A DNA stretch of 63,694 bases, filler included, from Octopus bimaculoides (lineage: Eukaryota): assembly GCF_001194135.2 (NCBI RefSeq). It is 6 parts of 6 records of this genome, joined end to end, with 100 filler letters (N's around TTAATTAATTAA, not from the genome) between each part and the next. Parts side by side here need not be neighbours in the genome. Positions count along the whole stretch, not along the records: positions 28,958 to 51,465 come from NC_068992.1; positions 51,566 to 59,806 come from NC_068996.1; 4 more parts are not named here. One strand, written 5' to 3'. Under the pieces are notes generated by a model. That model saw nothing but the letters and a program-made list of their open reading frames with translations, ran no database searches and was not told the origin of the DNA. Positions 40,126-52,379 of this stretch are shown in pieces. The position numbers and the translations under genes are program-made. Positions within the stretch are counted from its first letter, which is position 1; the number at the start of each line of letters is the position of its first letter.

Positions 40126-40407
40126 TGTGTGTGTGTGTGTCTGTCTATCTACCTGTTTATTTATATATTTATCTATCCATCTGTCTGTTTCGGGCCATGT
40201 GGCTAATTCACATCGCTAGCCATAGAACCAATCACATCTCACAGTACTCTGAATAAATGCTTTCCTCTATAACATTGGATAGATATATGCTTACTTTGTG
40301 AAATTTGGTATAAATACACGACGCACGTATTCATACAAACACACAGGCATACATCTATATATATGCGTGCATATGTATATGATATGCATATATACATACA
40401 TACATAT

Positions 40408-40482
40408 ACGTGTCTGTGGAGAGCTGTTCTGTTGATCGGATCAACTGGGACCCTCGTCGTCGTAACTGACGGAGTGCCACAA
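40408..40482 (+). mobile_element. SINE family B 3' tail fragment with an internal deletion
   Basis: cgtgtctgtggag / gctgttctgttgatcggatcaactgg.accctcg.cgtcgtaa..gacggagtgcca. Confidence 0.85.
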
Positions 40483-41449
40483 TATGTGAGTGTGTGTGTG
40501 TATATATATANNNNNNNNNNNNNNNNNNNNNNNNNNNNNNNNNNNNNNNNNNNNNNNNNNNNNNNNNNNNNNNNNNNNNNNNNNNNNNNNNNNNNNNNNN
40601 NNNNNNNNNNNNNNNNNNNNNNNNNNNNNNNNNNNNNNNNNNNNNNNNNNNNNNNNNNNNNNNNNNNNNNNNNNNNNNNNNNNNNNNNNNNNNNNNNNNN
40701 NNNNNNNNNNNNNNNNNNNNNNNNNNNNNNNNNNNNNNNNNNNNNNNNNNNNNNNNNNNNNNNNNNNNNNNNNNNNNNNNNNNNNNNNNNNNNNNNNNNN
40801 NNNNNNNNNNNNNNNNNNNNNNNNNNNNNNNNNNNNNNNNNNNNNNNNNNNNNNNNNNNNNNNNNNNNNNNNNNNNNNNNNNNNNNNNNNNNNNNNNNNN
40901 NNNNNNNNNNNNNNNNNNNNNNNNNNNNNNNNNNNNNNNNNNNNNNNNNNNNNNNNNNNNNNNNNNNNNNNNNNNNNNNNNNNNNNNNNNNNNNNNNNNN
41001 NNNNNNNNNNNNNNNNNNNNNNNNNNNNNNNNNNNNNNNNNNNNNNNNNNNNNNNNNNNNNNNNNNNNNNNNNNNNNNNNNNNNNNNNNNNNNNNNNNNN
41101 NNNNNNNNNNNNNNNNNNNNNNNNNNNNNNNNNNNNNNNNNNNNNNNNNNNNNNNNNNNNNNNNNNNNNNNNNNNNNNNNNNNNNNNNNNNNNNNNNNNN
41201 NNNNNNNNNNNNNNNNNNNNNNNNNNNNNNNNNNNNNNNNNNNNNNNNNNNNNNNNNNNNNNNNNNNNNNNNNNNNNNNNNNNNNNNNNNNNNNNNNNNN
41301 NNNNNNNNNNNNNNNNNNNNNNNNNNNNNNNNNNNNNNNNNNNNNNNNNNNNNNNNNNNNNNNNNNNNNNNNNNNNNNNNNNNNNNNNNNNNNNNNNNNN
41401 NNNNNNNNNNNNNNNNNNNNNNNNNNNNNNNNNNNNNNNNNNNNNNNNN

Positions 41450-41485
<36 letters not shown>

Positions 41486-41574
41486 GTACATGTTTATATC
41501 TATGTGTGTATTTATACGTATGCGTATAAACAGATACAAATACATAGATGCCCCATATGCAAATACATACATAC

Positions 41575-41959
41575 ATAATCCAGATTACAAATTCAGGTTT
41601 ATACCTGTAATTAATGGGGTCTTGGGATATGTAACACACTGCCTAATTACCAATCTTGGGGAAGTAAGCTTCTCAAAACCAGAAAAGAGAAAGCTAATTC
41701 GAAGACTATAGATCCAATCCATCAGTGGAACTGTAAAAATCTGTAAAACTTTCCAGAAGTTTATTATTTAGATATATATGAGCATGCCTAGATATGTAAC
41801 TATATGCATGAGAATGCACACATAAAACAAAACACACAAATCTGCACATACATACACATCCATACAAACAAAAATACCTTGTTGAAATTCCAATGAAGGA
41901 GCCTTGAATCTATGTCAGAAACCTCTATTGGCAAGTAATCTTGAAATAAAACTGAACAA
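41575..41959 (+). mobile_element. 3' end of a REL-endonuclease LINE, copy 2
   Basis: PDYKFRFIPVINGVLGYVTH..., homologous to 33203-33682 including the 3' UTR. Confidence 0.8.
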
Positions 41960-43515
41960 TGACCCACCTACCTACCTACCTACCTACCTACCTACCTACC
42001 TACCTATCTACCTACCTACCTACCTACCTACATACATACATACATACATACGTACATACGTACATGCATATATACGTATATGACCTACTTACGTATATAT
42101 ACAGAGGCAATCTCTCTTTTCTGATGAAGCCTAACGACTAGCTGCTTTGCTGAAACACCGTGGCCATGTTGCAAGACTATGAATAAAGCTCACTACACAA
42201 AAATATTTATAGCAACGATTTCTCTCTTACTTCTCAACAACTCCCATGATCCAATAGAAATCCTCCTCTCTATATATCTCCTCTAGCTTCTCTCTTTCTT
42301 CTCTCTCCTCCTGCTCCTTGATCCTCTCTCTCTCCCTCCCTCTCTACTTCTTTCTCTCTCTCTCACACATGCACACACGTGACGTAATCCTCATCGGTAT
42401 ATCTAGTCTCAACGATTATCATTACTTACGCAAAATTCCATTTTTTATCTATTATGTAAACTAAAAATGTGTCGTAGCCATAACGAGCTGTCATGTTGCT
42501 GGGTGGTGGTGGTAGTGGCGCTGGTGGCGACGCTGGGTGAGGCGTTGGTAGCGATGCTGGTGGAGGCGCTAGTTGCAGCACTGGTGGTGGTGGTGGTGGT
42601 GGTGGTGGTGGTGTTGCTGGTAGCGGCTCTGATGGCGGTGGTATATTAATCTTTAGCAGATTAATGTCGGTCTATTATTTACTGTGGACTGTTGCTGATT
42701 CTCATGGGGAAATGAATGCCTACCACAGCACTATGTCCGACTCCCCACCGCTATCTCCTACCCCATGCCGCTGGCACATGATGCTATCCATAACCTTATG
42801 ACTATTAAACTACGATGATTAATTAAGAAAATATTATAAATAACCACTTTTATTTGTTCCCATGTGGCGTGGTTTCGAGCAGAAATCGGCGACGGGTTGG
42901 TACAGAAATACGTTTCTGCATGTTTGAACGTGTGTGTGTTTGTGTGTGTGTGTTCGCGTATACGTATGTATGTATATATGTGTACACACAGAGAGTGAGA
43001 GAGAGAGAGAAAGGGGGAGACAAAGTGAGAGACAGACAGATATATATATATATATATAGATAGATAGATAAATAGATAGATAGATAAACATACGCACAAA
43101 CACACATGTAGAGAAAGGGGAAGATGAGGAGAAGGAAGGAAACAGAATAAGCGATATAGTATGTTGAATCGATGGTTTAGGTGTGGCACTCATATGCGAG
43201 TGTGCGTGTGTGTTTGTATGTGTGTGTGTATGTATACTTACATATATATATTTACATATGTATGTATATGTATATATATGTATGTATGTATATGCACATT
43301 GTGTAGTAGTGTTTGTGTTGTTAGATCGTAATTAAGCACAAATATTTACTGGTGAATGGACTCAGTAGCGAGATAGGGTAAAATATATTATATATCAGGT
43401 TAAGTGTAACATCAAATTTCACCCGTCACGACGCCTATTCAAACATTCTGTTTGAATAGGCCGCGTGACAAGTGAAACTTAAAGTCAAAAGTCAACCGAT
43501 ATTGTCATACATGTG

Positions 43516-43567
<52 letters not shown>

Positions 43568-43661
43568 CATGCATACATACACACACACACACACACACAC
43601 ACGCACGCACACACACGCACAGACACACACACGCATATATATATATATATANNNNNNNNNN

Positions 43662-43704
<43 letters not shown>

Positions 43705-43789
43705 TTATTTTTTAAACATCAGTAGAATCGCAAATCGATAATCGAGAGAGATATAGAATATACTGTACACGGTTCCATAGGTATTTTTG

Positions 43790-43970
43790 TTTACAGGCAG
43801 ACGTAAGCTCTGGCGTTCTTGGTCCCCGGAATACATCCCTGCTCGCTGCCATCAGTGCGAGCCCCTTGAGGCGGAGCGGCTGCACCAGTGCATCTCCCTC
43901 ATTATCCTCCGAGGCAACGCCTTTCCCATTTTGTCAACCGAGACCTTGAGGCAGACTAATAAGTCTTGTG
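43790..43970 (+). mobile_element. CRE-clade-like LINE extreme C-terminus
   Basis: RLHQCISLIILRGNAFPILST resembles the CRE motif LxQRxSxAxQRGNAxxILxT. Confidence 0.5.
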
Positions 43971-44652
43971 TCTCTTAAATACAATATCCATTACTACAAC
44001 TATTATAAGTTACCACTGTTACATCATCGTGTACAGGTACTGTGTGTATATGTGTATGTGTGTGTGCGCGCACGTGTGTACGTATTTGTGTGTATATACG
44101 CTTGTATACATGTATGTATGTATGTATGTATGTAGGAGGGAATATCAAAAAAAGACAAGGAACCTATTAACGGAAACTGACAATTATAAGGCGAATTCTC
44201 TCGTCAGCTTTGGAAGCTGAAATGAATGTAGTTTTGGTGCATTTGAAATAGGAATAATTTAATTCGACAGTACTCTTCTATTTGTGCCAGTGACTATAAC
44301 TATCACTAGTTGATGGATATTCCCAGAAAAGAGACTCAGAATATTGCAGACAACATACCAATAACTTGATTGGAGACACTATCTCGGAATTGAAGTTTCT
44401 ACATTGTAGATGAACCATTTAAACTGTTAAAATGATTTCAAATTTAAATATATTTATAAAGTGTCAAAATTTTCGTCCTACCACTGCTACCTAATCACTG
44501 ATGCAGTCCAATGGCAACTGCTTCAGAAGTCAATGATTGACTAGTTCTTATAGTTCTAAGGTGTTTGCTAGGGTGTCCTGTTAAATTTAGAGAATGAGTG
44601 TTTGTTGTATTCATGCAGAATCATATAGGACACCAGCTGAAAGTTCACATGA

Positions 44653-44785
44653 TACGAGGTGGGGGGGGGGTGCTGAAAAGTTCCTGGCTCTGGGTAAAAG
44701 AAAATTCAAGAGAATCAGTTAATTATGATTTAATCCAACATATTTCCCTCTCAGATTCACACACTAACTGCAGCAGTCTTTCGAT
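44653..44785 (-). mobile_element. Partial copy of the mariner MITE at 28337-28553
   Basis: tacgagg..gtgctgaaaagttcctggc..tgggtaaaagaaaa..caagag.atcagttaattatgatt is the reverse complement of the 28.4-28.55 kb end. Confidence 0.85.
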
Positions 44786-45037
44786 TTTTTATCAATCCTG
44801 AAATGATGAAAGACAAATCCACCATGAAGTTAAACAGAGTGAACATTTTTGGTAGAGATTTATGAGAGTGGCATCGGTTTCCAAACCAAGGAACATGATT
44901 CAATGAATTAAAGAATTCACCAGTGCCAGGTTTAGTATCATAAATATTGAAGAAATGAAGATTCACATTACTGCTATGGTAAGAAGAATTGGTGGAGAAC
45001 GGTTTGTTTTATGGAAATGTTAAATCCAACTTTAATA

Positions 45038-45382
45038 CATTCTATATTTAAGAGATGAGGAATTATGTACATTATTTACATTATTTACATTTTGTAATCA
45101 CTACGCCATATGCCCACGGACATATGGCGTAGTGGTTAAGAGCGCGGGCTACTAACCCCAAGATTCTGAGTTCGATTCCAGGCAGTAACCTGGATAATAA
45201 TAATAATAATAATAATAATAACATCGAAAAATACCTTAGGAATGAGAACCCAGGTTCGAAATTTCCCCAAGACACCTGATGAAGGCTGGAGGGTTAATCA
45301 GCCGAAACGTTGTGTTAACAACAAACAGGATGAGGACAAATATCAGTCAAATATAAATAATGTAAATAATGTAAATAATGTA
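45038..45382 (+). mobile_element. SINE family C: tRNA head, (AAT)n, hammerhead and tail, with a 5' inverted tail copy; 12-bp TSD
   Basis: A box TGGCGTAGTGG (45125-45135), B box GAGTTCGATTCC (45168-45179); TSD CCAACTTTAATA at 45026-45037 and 45383-45394. Confidence 0.9.
45271..45316 (+). ncRNA. Minimal type I hammerhead ribozyme
   Basis: Stem I GACAC/GTGTT, core CTGATGA, stem II GGCTG/CAGCC, GAAA, palindromic AACGTT stem III, predicted cleavage after GUU (45311). Confidence 0.75.
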
Positions 45383-46030
45383 CCAACTTTAATAAACTGA
45401 CGTGTATAATGAGATATAATATACTAGTGTGTATATATAATATTGATGTGTATTATGTTTATGGGTTGTATATAAAATATTTGTGTGTATTGTGGAATAT
45501 AACTTATTATATACAAGTGCATTGGTGTGTATCGTTGTATATAATACAAGTAGTGGACATTAATGAGCACAGAAAGGAATTCATGTAAAACAGAGACGAA
45601 GGAACGGTTTCAATTCCGAGTTCAAACCATTTTATTTAAGTTGCGCTTCTAATGAATTTGGGGATAGTTAGGAATTTTACAACTAGGAGTCATCCAACCC
45701 TGAAATATAGGGTCTTTGTGTATCTTGTCAAAAGAAATTTGAGATAGAATGCGTGATTGCGCATGTGCATGTATCTGAGCCTATTAGTTTATGTGTATTT
45801 GTGTGCGTATGTGCATGTGCCTATGTGCATGTGCCTATCTATGTGTTTTTTCTGTATGTGTATGCGTGTGGCCGAGTGCGCATTTAATTGTAAGGACCAA
45901 ATTCGTTTCATGCTCTTCGGTCAGGTTTATGAGATTCCTTTTACCCCCTTCTCTCTCTCTCTTTCTCACTCTCTCTCTCCCTCTTTCACTCTGTTGCTCC
46001 CTCTCTCTCTCTATCTCTCTCTCTCTCTCC

Positions 46031-46061
<31 letters not shown>

Positions 46062-46429
46062 CATACACACATGCATGTGTGTCAACGTGAACCTGTATAC
46101 ATACGCACATATATAGCGTTCTTTGTTTCTCTCCCTNNNNNNNNNNNNNNNNNNNNNNNNNNNNNNNNNNNNNNNNNNNNNNNNNNNNNNNNNNNNNNNN
46201 NNNNNNNNNNNNNNNNNNNNNNNNNNNNNNNNNNNNNNNNNNNNNNNNNNNNNNNNNNNNNNNNNNNNNNNNNNNNNNNNNNNNNNNNNNNNNNNNNNNN
46301 NNNNNNNNNNNNNNNNNNNNNNNNNNNNNNNNNNNNNNNNNNNNNNNNNNNNNNNNNNNNNNNNNNNNNNNNNNNNNNNNNNNNNNNATTCGACGACCAA
46401 CTTCAGAAGAAGAATCACCTGTTTCTCAG

Positions 46430-46448
46430 CACACACACACACACGCAT

Positions 46449-46480
<32 letters not shown>

Positions 46481-47530
46481 ACACGCACGCACACCCACAC
46501 ATACACACACACACATACACACGCACAAACATACACACACACACATGCAAACACATACACACACAAACATACACGCAGACATGCACACACAAACATACAC
46601 ACACGCGCGCATACACACACTCACGCATGCACACACAAATATACACACACACACTCACACACAAACACACACACACTCACACACACATACACACACAGAC
46701 ATACACACATATACACACACAAACACACACATGCATACACATTCTCGCATACACACACACACACACACTCATATTGCATGCAAACATAGCATTACATACA
46801 TACACATACACGTTACAAGTAAGCAAACACACACACGTACACAACTATACACAAGCATACACATATCATATATACAATATGCATATACACATAATACATC
46901 ATGCATACATGATACACACGCACGTATTACACACAGACATACACATGAGCACATCGCATACACACACATATATATATATATATATATCATTCATACACAC
47001 ACAAACACACTCGTACACATATAAACACACATCCCTTACATAGACCCACGAAGGCATCACATATGAACAAACACATTCTTACATAGTTACACCCACTCAC
47101 ACACATACACACATACACACATACATATATACTTACATACCGCATAAGCATTCATAAAACAGATTCACATGCGCCCATCACATAACACTTTTACACAAAC
47201 ATACACATACATAACGATACATACAAACACACACGCACATCACATATTTACACATACGCACACACACACACACACACACACACATAGACATCACAAACAC
47301 ACATACTTAAAATACACATACACAGATATCACACTTATAACACACTTACAGAATCTCACACACACACACACTCATATCAGGCAAACACATGCACATACAT
47401 ATATATCACAAACATGCACACATAACCCACATACGCATGCATAGACTTATTCCACAGACGTTCATACAGTCACACTTATACGCTCACATTTACACATTCG
47501 TACCAACGCACTTACATACACACACATACA
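46430..47530. repeat. Long degenerate CA/CATA-rich low-complexity tract
   Basis: About 1.1 kb of interrupted (CA)n. Confidence 0.9.
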
Positions 47531-47539
47531 CACACTGAA

Positions 47540-47870
47540 TCGCTGATATACTCAAGGAATGCGTGGAGAGGCATTTACAGGGAAGATGGGATCGCGGGAA
47601 GAGATGTAGGGAAACGAGAGGCGGAGGAAGAGAGAAGTAGGGGGGGAGATAGAAGAGGTAGAGAGGGGAGAGATGGCGGATATTTGACAGGGAACAAATG
47701 GGTCCATAAATGAGGGATTGATTCCTGTAGTCATAAATACCGATTACTTAATAATGTGTTCGATCCCGAGGGACAGGCTTTTTAATAACATTACGTCGAA
47801 TAATGTATCGATCAATTACCTCACGGTAAACCTTCAACACTTGAACACTGTTCGACTTGGAGGAACACTG
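47540..47870 (-). mobile_element. Possible Penelope 3' end (C-terminus plus pyrimidine-rich 3' UTR)
   Basis: IEHIIK*SVFMTTGIN resembles the PLE terminal EQHxIFxLxTxxPxGIN motif, followed by a C/T-rich tract. Confidence 0.3.
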
Positions 47871-48443
47871 GATGTGTGTGTATGTGTGTGTGTGTATGTG
47901 CGCGTGTGCACATGTGTGTGTGTGTACGTTTGCACATACACGTATACATATAGTGAAACAGAAAGACGGAGAGAGAGAGTGTGTGTTCAATATAGTAATA
48001 TGTGGTGTATATACACATATACAAACACACATGCACACACATACACACACACACTCATATATATATATATGTGTATATATGTATATATATGTTATATGTA
48101 TATGCATATATATATATATATATAAACGTTTATGTCTATGTAGCTGTCTATCCTTATATGTATATACATACATATATATNNNNNNNNNNNNNNNNNNNNN
48201 NNNNNNNNNNNNNNNNNNNNNNNNNNNNNNNNNNNNNNNNNNNNNNNNNNNNNNNNNNNNNNNNNNNNNNNNNNNNNNNNNNNNNNNNNNNNNNNNNNNN
48301 NNNNNNNNNNNNNNNNNNNNNNNNNNNNNNNNNNNNNNNNNNNNNNNNNNNNNNNNNNNNNNNNNNNNNNNNNNNNNNNNNNNNNNNNNNNNNNNNNNNN
48401 NNNNNNNNNNNNNNNNNNNNNATGCATACACACGCACGCACAC

Positions 48444-48506
<63 letters not shown>

Positions 48507-49071
48507 TACACACACACACTGTTTGTGCACACACACATATACACTTATATACATGTGTGTTAATATACACAGACACACGGACACACACACACACACGCGG
48601 ACGCAGATGTTTGGCAAATTGTTTGGAAACCTTTACAGATCAAACGAAAAATCAATCAAGGTTATAAGAGAACATCATATTGAAAATTAAAAGTGGTTAA
48701 TTATTTAACTTGTTAAATTATAGAAGCACTGTTTGAGATTCATCATCCAGATGACATATTTACTGGCTGCAATTGTCACTGGAAACAATTAATTCCTTCC
48801 TTCCTTCCTTCCTTTATTTCTTTCTTCCTTCTTTCATTCTTTCTTTTCTTCTTTTCTGTCCCCCTTATCTTTCTTGGTATCTTTCTCTATTAATCTTTCT
48901 CGTTATCTTTCCATTTACTATTATCTCCCTTTTCTTTCTCCCTCTCCTCTGTTTTGTTCTATTATCTTCAATAACAATTATGACCCTCGACCCTTGACCT
49001 TCGACCTTTATTCCCACCTAACAATAAGCCATGACTGTAACCTGGAACGAAGGTCAATATTTACAATATCT

Positions 49072-49625
49072 AAGGCGGCGAGCTGGCAGAATTGTTAGCA
49101 TGCCCGGCAAAATTGTTGGCGGCATTCCGTCCGTCATCACGTTCTGAGTTCAAATTCCACCGAGGTCGACTTTGCCTTTTATCCTTTCGGGGTCGATAAA
49201 TTAAGTATCAGTTGTGTACTGGAGTCGATCTAATCGATNNNNNNNNNNNNNNNNNNNNNNNNNNNNNNNNNNNNNNNNNNNNNNNNNNNNNNNNNNNNNN
49301 NNNNNNNNNNNNNNNNNNNNNNNNNNNNNNNNNNNNNNNNNNNNNNNNNNNNNNNNNNNNNNNNNNNNNNNNNNNNNNNNNNNNNNNNNNNNNNNNNNNN
49401 NNNNNNNNNNNNNNNNNNNNNNNNNNNNNNNNNNNNNNNNNNNNNNNNNNNNNNNNNNNNNNNNNNNNNNNCGTCCGTCATCACGTTCTGAGTTCAAATT
49501 CCACCGAGGTCGACTTTGCCTTTTATCCTTTCGGGGTCGATAAATTAAGTATCAGTTGCGTACTGGGTTGATCTAATCGACTGGCCCCCTCCCCCCAAAT
49601 TTCGGGCCTTGTACCTATAGTAGAA
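49072..49625 (+). mobile_element. SINE family A (tail type 2), seen on both sides of a gap
   Basis: Head aaggcggcgagctggcagaat at 49072; core repeated at 49472-49580. Confidence 0.85.
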
Positions 49626-49637
49626 AAAATATCTTAG

Positions 49638-49770
49638 GCGACGATCTGGCAGAAACGTTAGCAAGCCGAGATAGACATTAACTTTCATTATTTCGGGGTC
49701 GATAAAGTAGCAGTGAAACACTGGGGTCGATGTAATCGACTGGCCCTCTCCCACAAAAATCTCAGGCCAT
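49638..49770 (+). mobile_element. Internally deleted SINE family A copy
   Basis: Head ctggcagaaacgttagca joined to ggggtcgataaagta...ggggtcgatgtaatcgactggcc. Confidence 0.8.
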
Positions 49771-49975
49771 CTGCCTTTTTGTAGCCTCTCAACTGAATCC
49801 ATCGTGAAGATCACCCCTCCGCCTTCCTTTAAGCAGGAAGAAAGTTCCTAACTGTCAATAGCAAGGTTTCTTTTCTTTGCGCAAGGTGTCTCACTAGGCT
49901 CTCGAGTTCGATACACACGCAGTGTTTCACATTTATCAGTCCCCCTCCTCCATTTGCTCATTTCATGTATAGGAG

Positions 49976-49977
<2 letters not shown>

Positions 49978-50052
<75 letters not shown>

Positions 50053-51391
50053 CATTATTACTACTATCATTCATGGTGTGCACGAATGTTTCACATTCGG
50101 AATCAATGTCCTTGATACCGGGTCACAACCAGTTTCCTTGGACATCAAGGATCTTTCTTACAATCCTTGCTGTTGCCAACCGAGCAGAATTAATGAAACT
50201 CTCGTGGTTAGACCAATCTCAATATGGGAGCTGTTAAGTTTATCAGTAACGACACCCAAGAAACGTGTAACAACTGGGATTGTTTTGTAGAAACCCTCCA
50301 CAGTCGTCGTATTTCCCCAACCAAACCCTAGTATTTTCCTATTTTCTCTTCTACATTTATGTCCGCAAATACAGCCACATCTATGATGATGCACTCTTTT
50401 TTTCTCCCTTTAACCAGAACCATAATACCAGGTCGCCTAGCTCGATTTTCGCAATCACTTTGTACATTAAAATCCTATAAAACTTTGTACTGGTCGTTCT
50501 CTGTTACCCTTTCTGGTAGATGCTCGTACCATTTTCCTCCTGCTTCAAATTCTCTTTGCCGTAATATTTCAATGTAGTGTCACGTCTGCATCTAAATTCC
50601 TTCTGTGCCAAAGAAGAGTTTATGATGTGCATGATGGATTCCTCTTTCGTATTACATACTCTGCACTTTGCACTTTCCGAAGGTTTACCTATTTTGGCCT
50701 TAATGGTATTCGTCCGCAATGACTAGCTTTGAGCAGCCATTACGGGTCCTTCCGTTTCTTTCTCAAGGTCTCCATTCTCCAGCCATAATCAAGACTTCTC
50801 TACTGCGATGTCCTGCGTTTGCCTCAGATGCCGACCGTGTATTTCTTTCGCCCAGATGCTTCTTTATCGATCCCGTTTTCATCCTTTCTTGCATTGTGTT
50901 GCTGTCTCCACAATTTCTTTCTTCTCTCACAGTCAACCGAAACCAGTCTTCCTGAGTAGCTTCTCACTTTTCTATATCACGTGGGGAAGAAGTGAGGGAG
51001 AGGACTGATGTCAATAGAAAATTGTCTTCTATGAATACCAGTCACCTCCCGCACTCCTTCCGTCGTAGGTATAACCTATCAACACTGTCTCGGCACGTAG
51101 CGACCTATACGTGAACATCGCCTTCCTAGTTTTACAGTGCATGTCTCTTATCTCTTCCTCAATCCAGTTCAGTAAAGCAGCAGAATATCGTATTAGTGAG
51201 ACCACCAGTGTCTTTGCTGCAGGGTTGCTCCCTTTCCTCCCTTTAGATTTTAATTTTGGACATTTTTCACTCTCCTGAGATATTCATTCCTCACCTTCTA
51301 ATTCGTTTCTTGACGGAGAATTCCATCTGCCTCCAATACATCTACCTACTTTTAACTGTTACCTTCATCCATTCCACAAATTGATGTCTCC

Positions 51392-51392
<1 letters not shown>
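49978..51392 (-). mobile_element. R4/Dong-like REL LINE, 3' ~1.3 kb relic with an (AAT)n tail
   Basis: DRLYLRRKECGR*L, KCRVCNTKEESIMHII..LAQKEF (CCHC region), ENDQYKVL*DFNVQSD..ARRPGI (REL PD-D/E), then a (TAA)n tail at 49978-50060. Confidence 0.85.
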
Positions 51393-51465
<73 letters not shown>

Positions 51466-51884
51466 NNNNNNNNNNNNNNNNNNNNNNNNNNNNNNNNNNN
51501 NNNNNNNNNTTAATTAATTAANNNNNNNNNNNNNNNNNNNNNNNNNNNNNNNNNNNNNNNNNNNNCACCACCACCACCACCACCACCACAACCACCACCA
51601 CCACAACCACAACCACCACAACCACCTCCACCACCACCACTATTACAGTCCGCATCTCACTTTGCTCCGTAAGTTTGTAAAGAAATGTTGCTTATCTGAT
51701 TGTTTAGCGTTTTCTCACACAATATTGTTGTTAATGTTGCTGTGGATGTAACAGAGAAAAACAGGATTGTTCATTCCATTTGCCGATCTCATATGTCGTG
51801 GTGGTAGTTTGTGTTAGTGGTCACCATTTTGGTAGAGGTGATTACGATGGTCGTGATGGTTATGGGGAAGACAAAATGAATGGA

Positions 51885-52105
51885 GAAGAAGAAGAAGAAG
51901 AAGAAGAAGAAGAAGAAGAAGAAGAAGAAGAAGAAGAAGAAGAAGAAGAAGAAGAAGAAGAAGAAGAAGAAGAAGAAGAATTGGAAGAAGAAGAAGAAGA
52001 AGAAGAAGAAGAAGAAGAAGAAGAAGAAGAAGAAGAAGAAGAAGAAGAAGAAGAAGAAGAAGAAGAAGATGATGATAATAATGATGAAGAAGAAGAAGAA
52101 GAACG
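51885..52105. repeat. (GAA)n microsatellite
   Basis: Long, nearly pure GAA run. Confidence 0.95.
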
Positions 52106-52334
52106 TTTAAAGTGTGTACTACGTCTGCGGTAGGTGAGTGCAATCGAATGTAAATGAAGCCTGCCCTTGTGTTCCTTAGGAACTGAAAGAATATTCTGCG
52201 ACACTGACAAATTCTTCATACATCCAATATCGAAAAATTCAAATGTAACAACCTAGTAGCAAAATAAATAAATAAATAGATAAATAAATAAATAGATAAA
52301 TAAATAAATAAATAAATAATAATAATACTAATAC

Positions 52335-52379
<45 letters not shown>

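Noticed and set aside
45125-45185. Possible tRNA genes at SINE heads (also 4461, 7297, 26158 and 26522)
   Set aside because: A and B boxes are present, but the acceptor stems do not close and each head continues into a repeated SINE body.
49130-49580. Apparent tandem duplication of a SINE A core
   Set aside because: The near-identical copies directly flank a gap. An unmerged contig overlap or two haplotypes is the likelier explanation.
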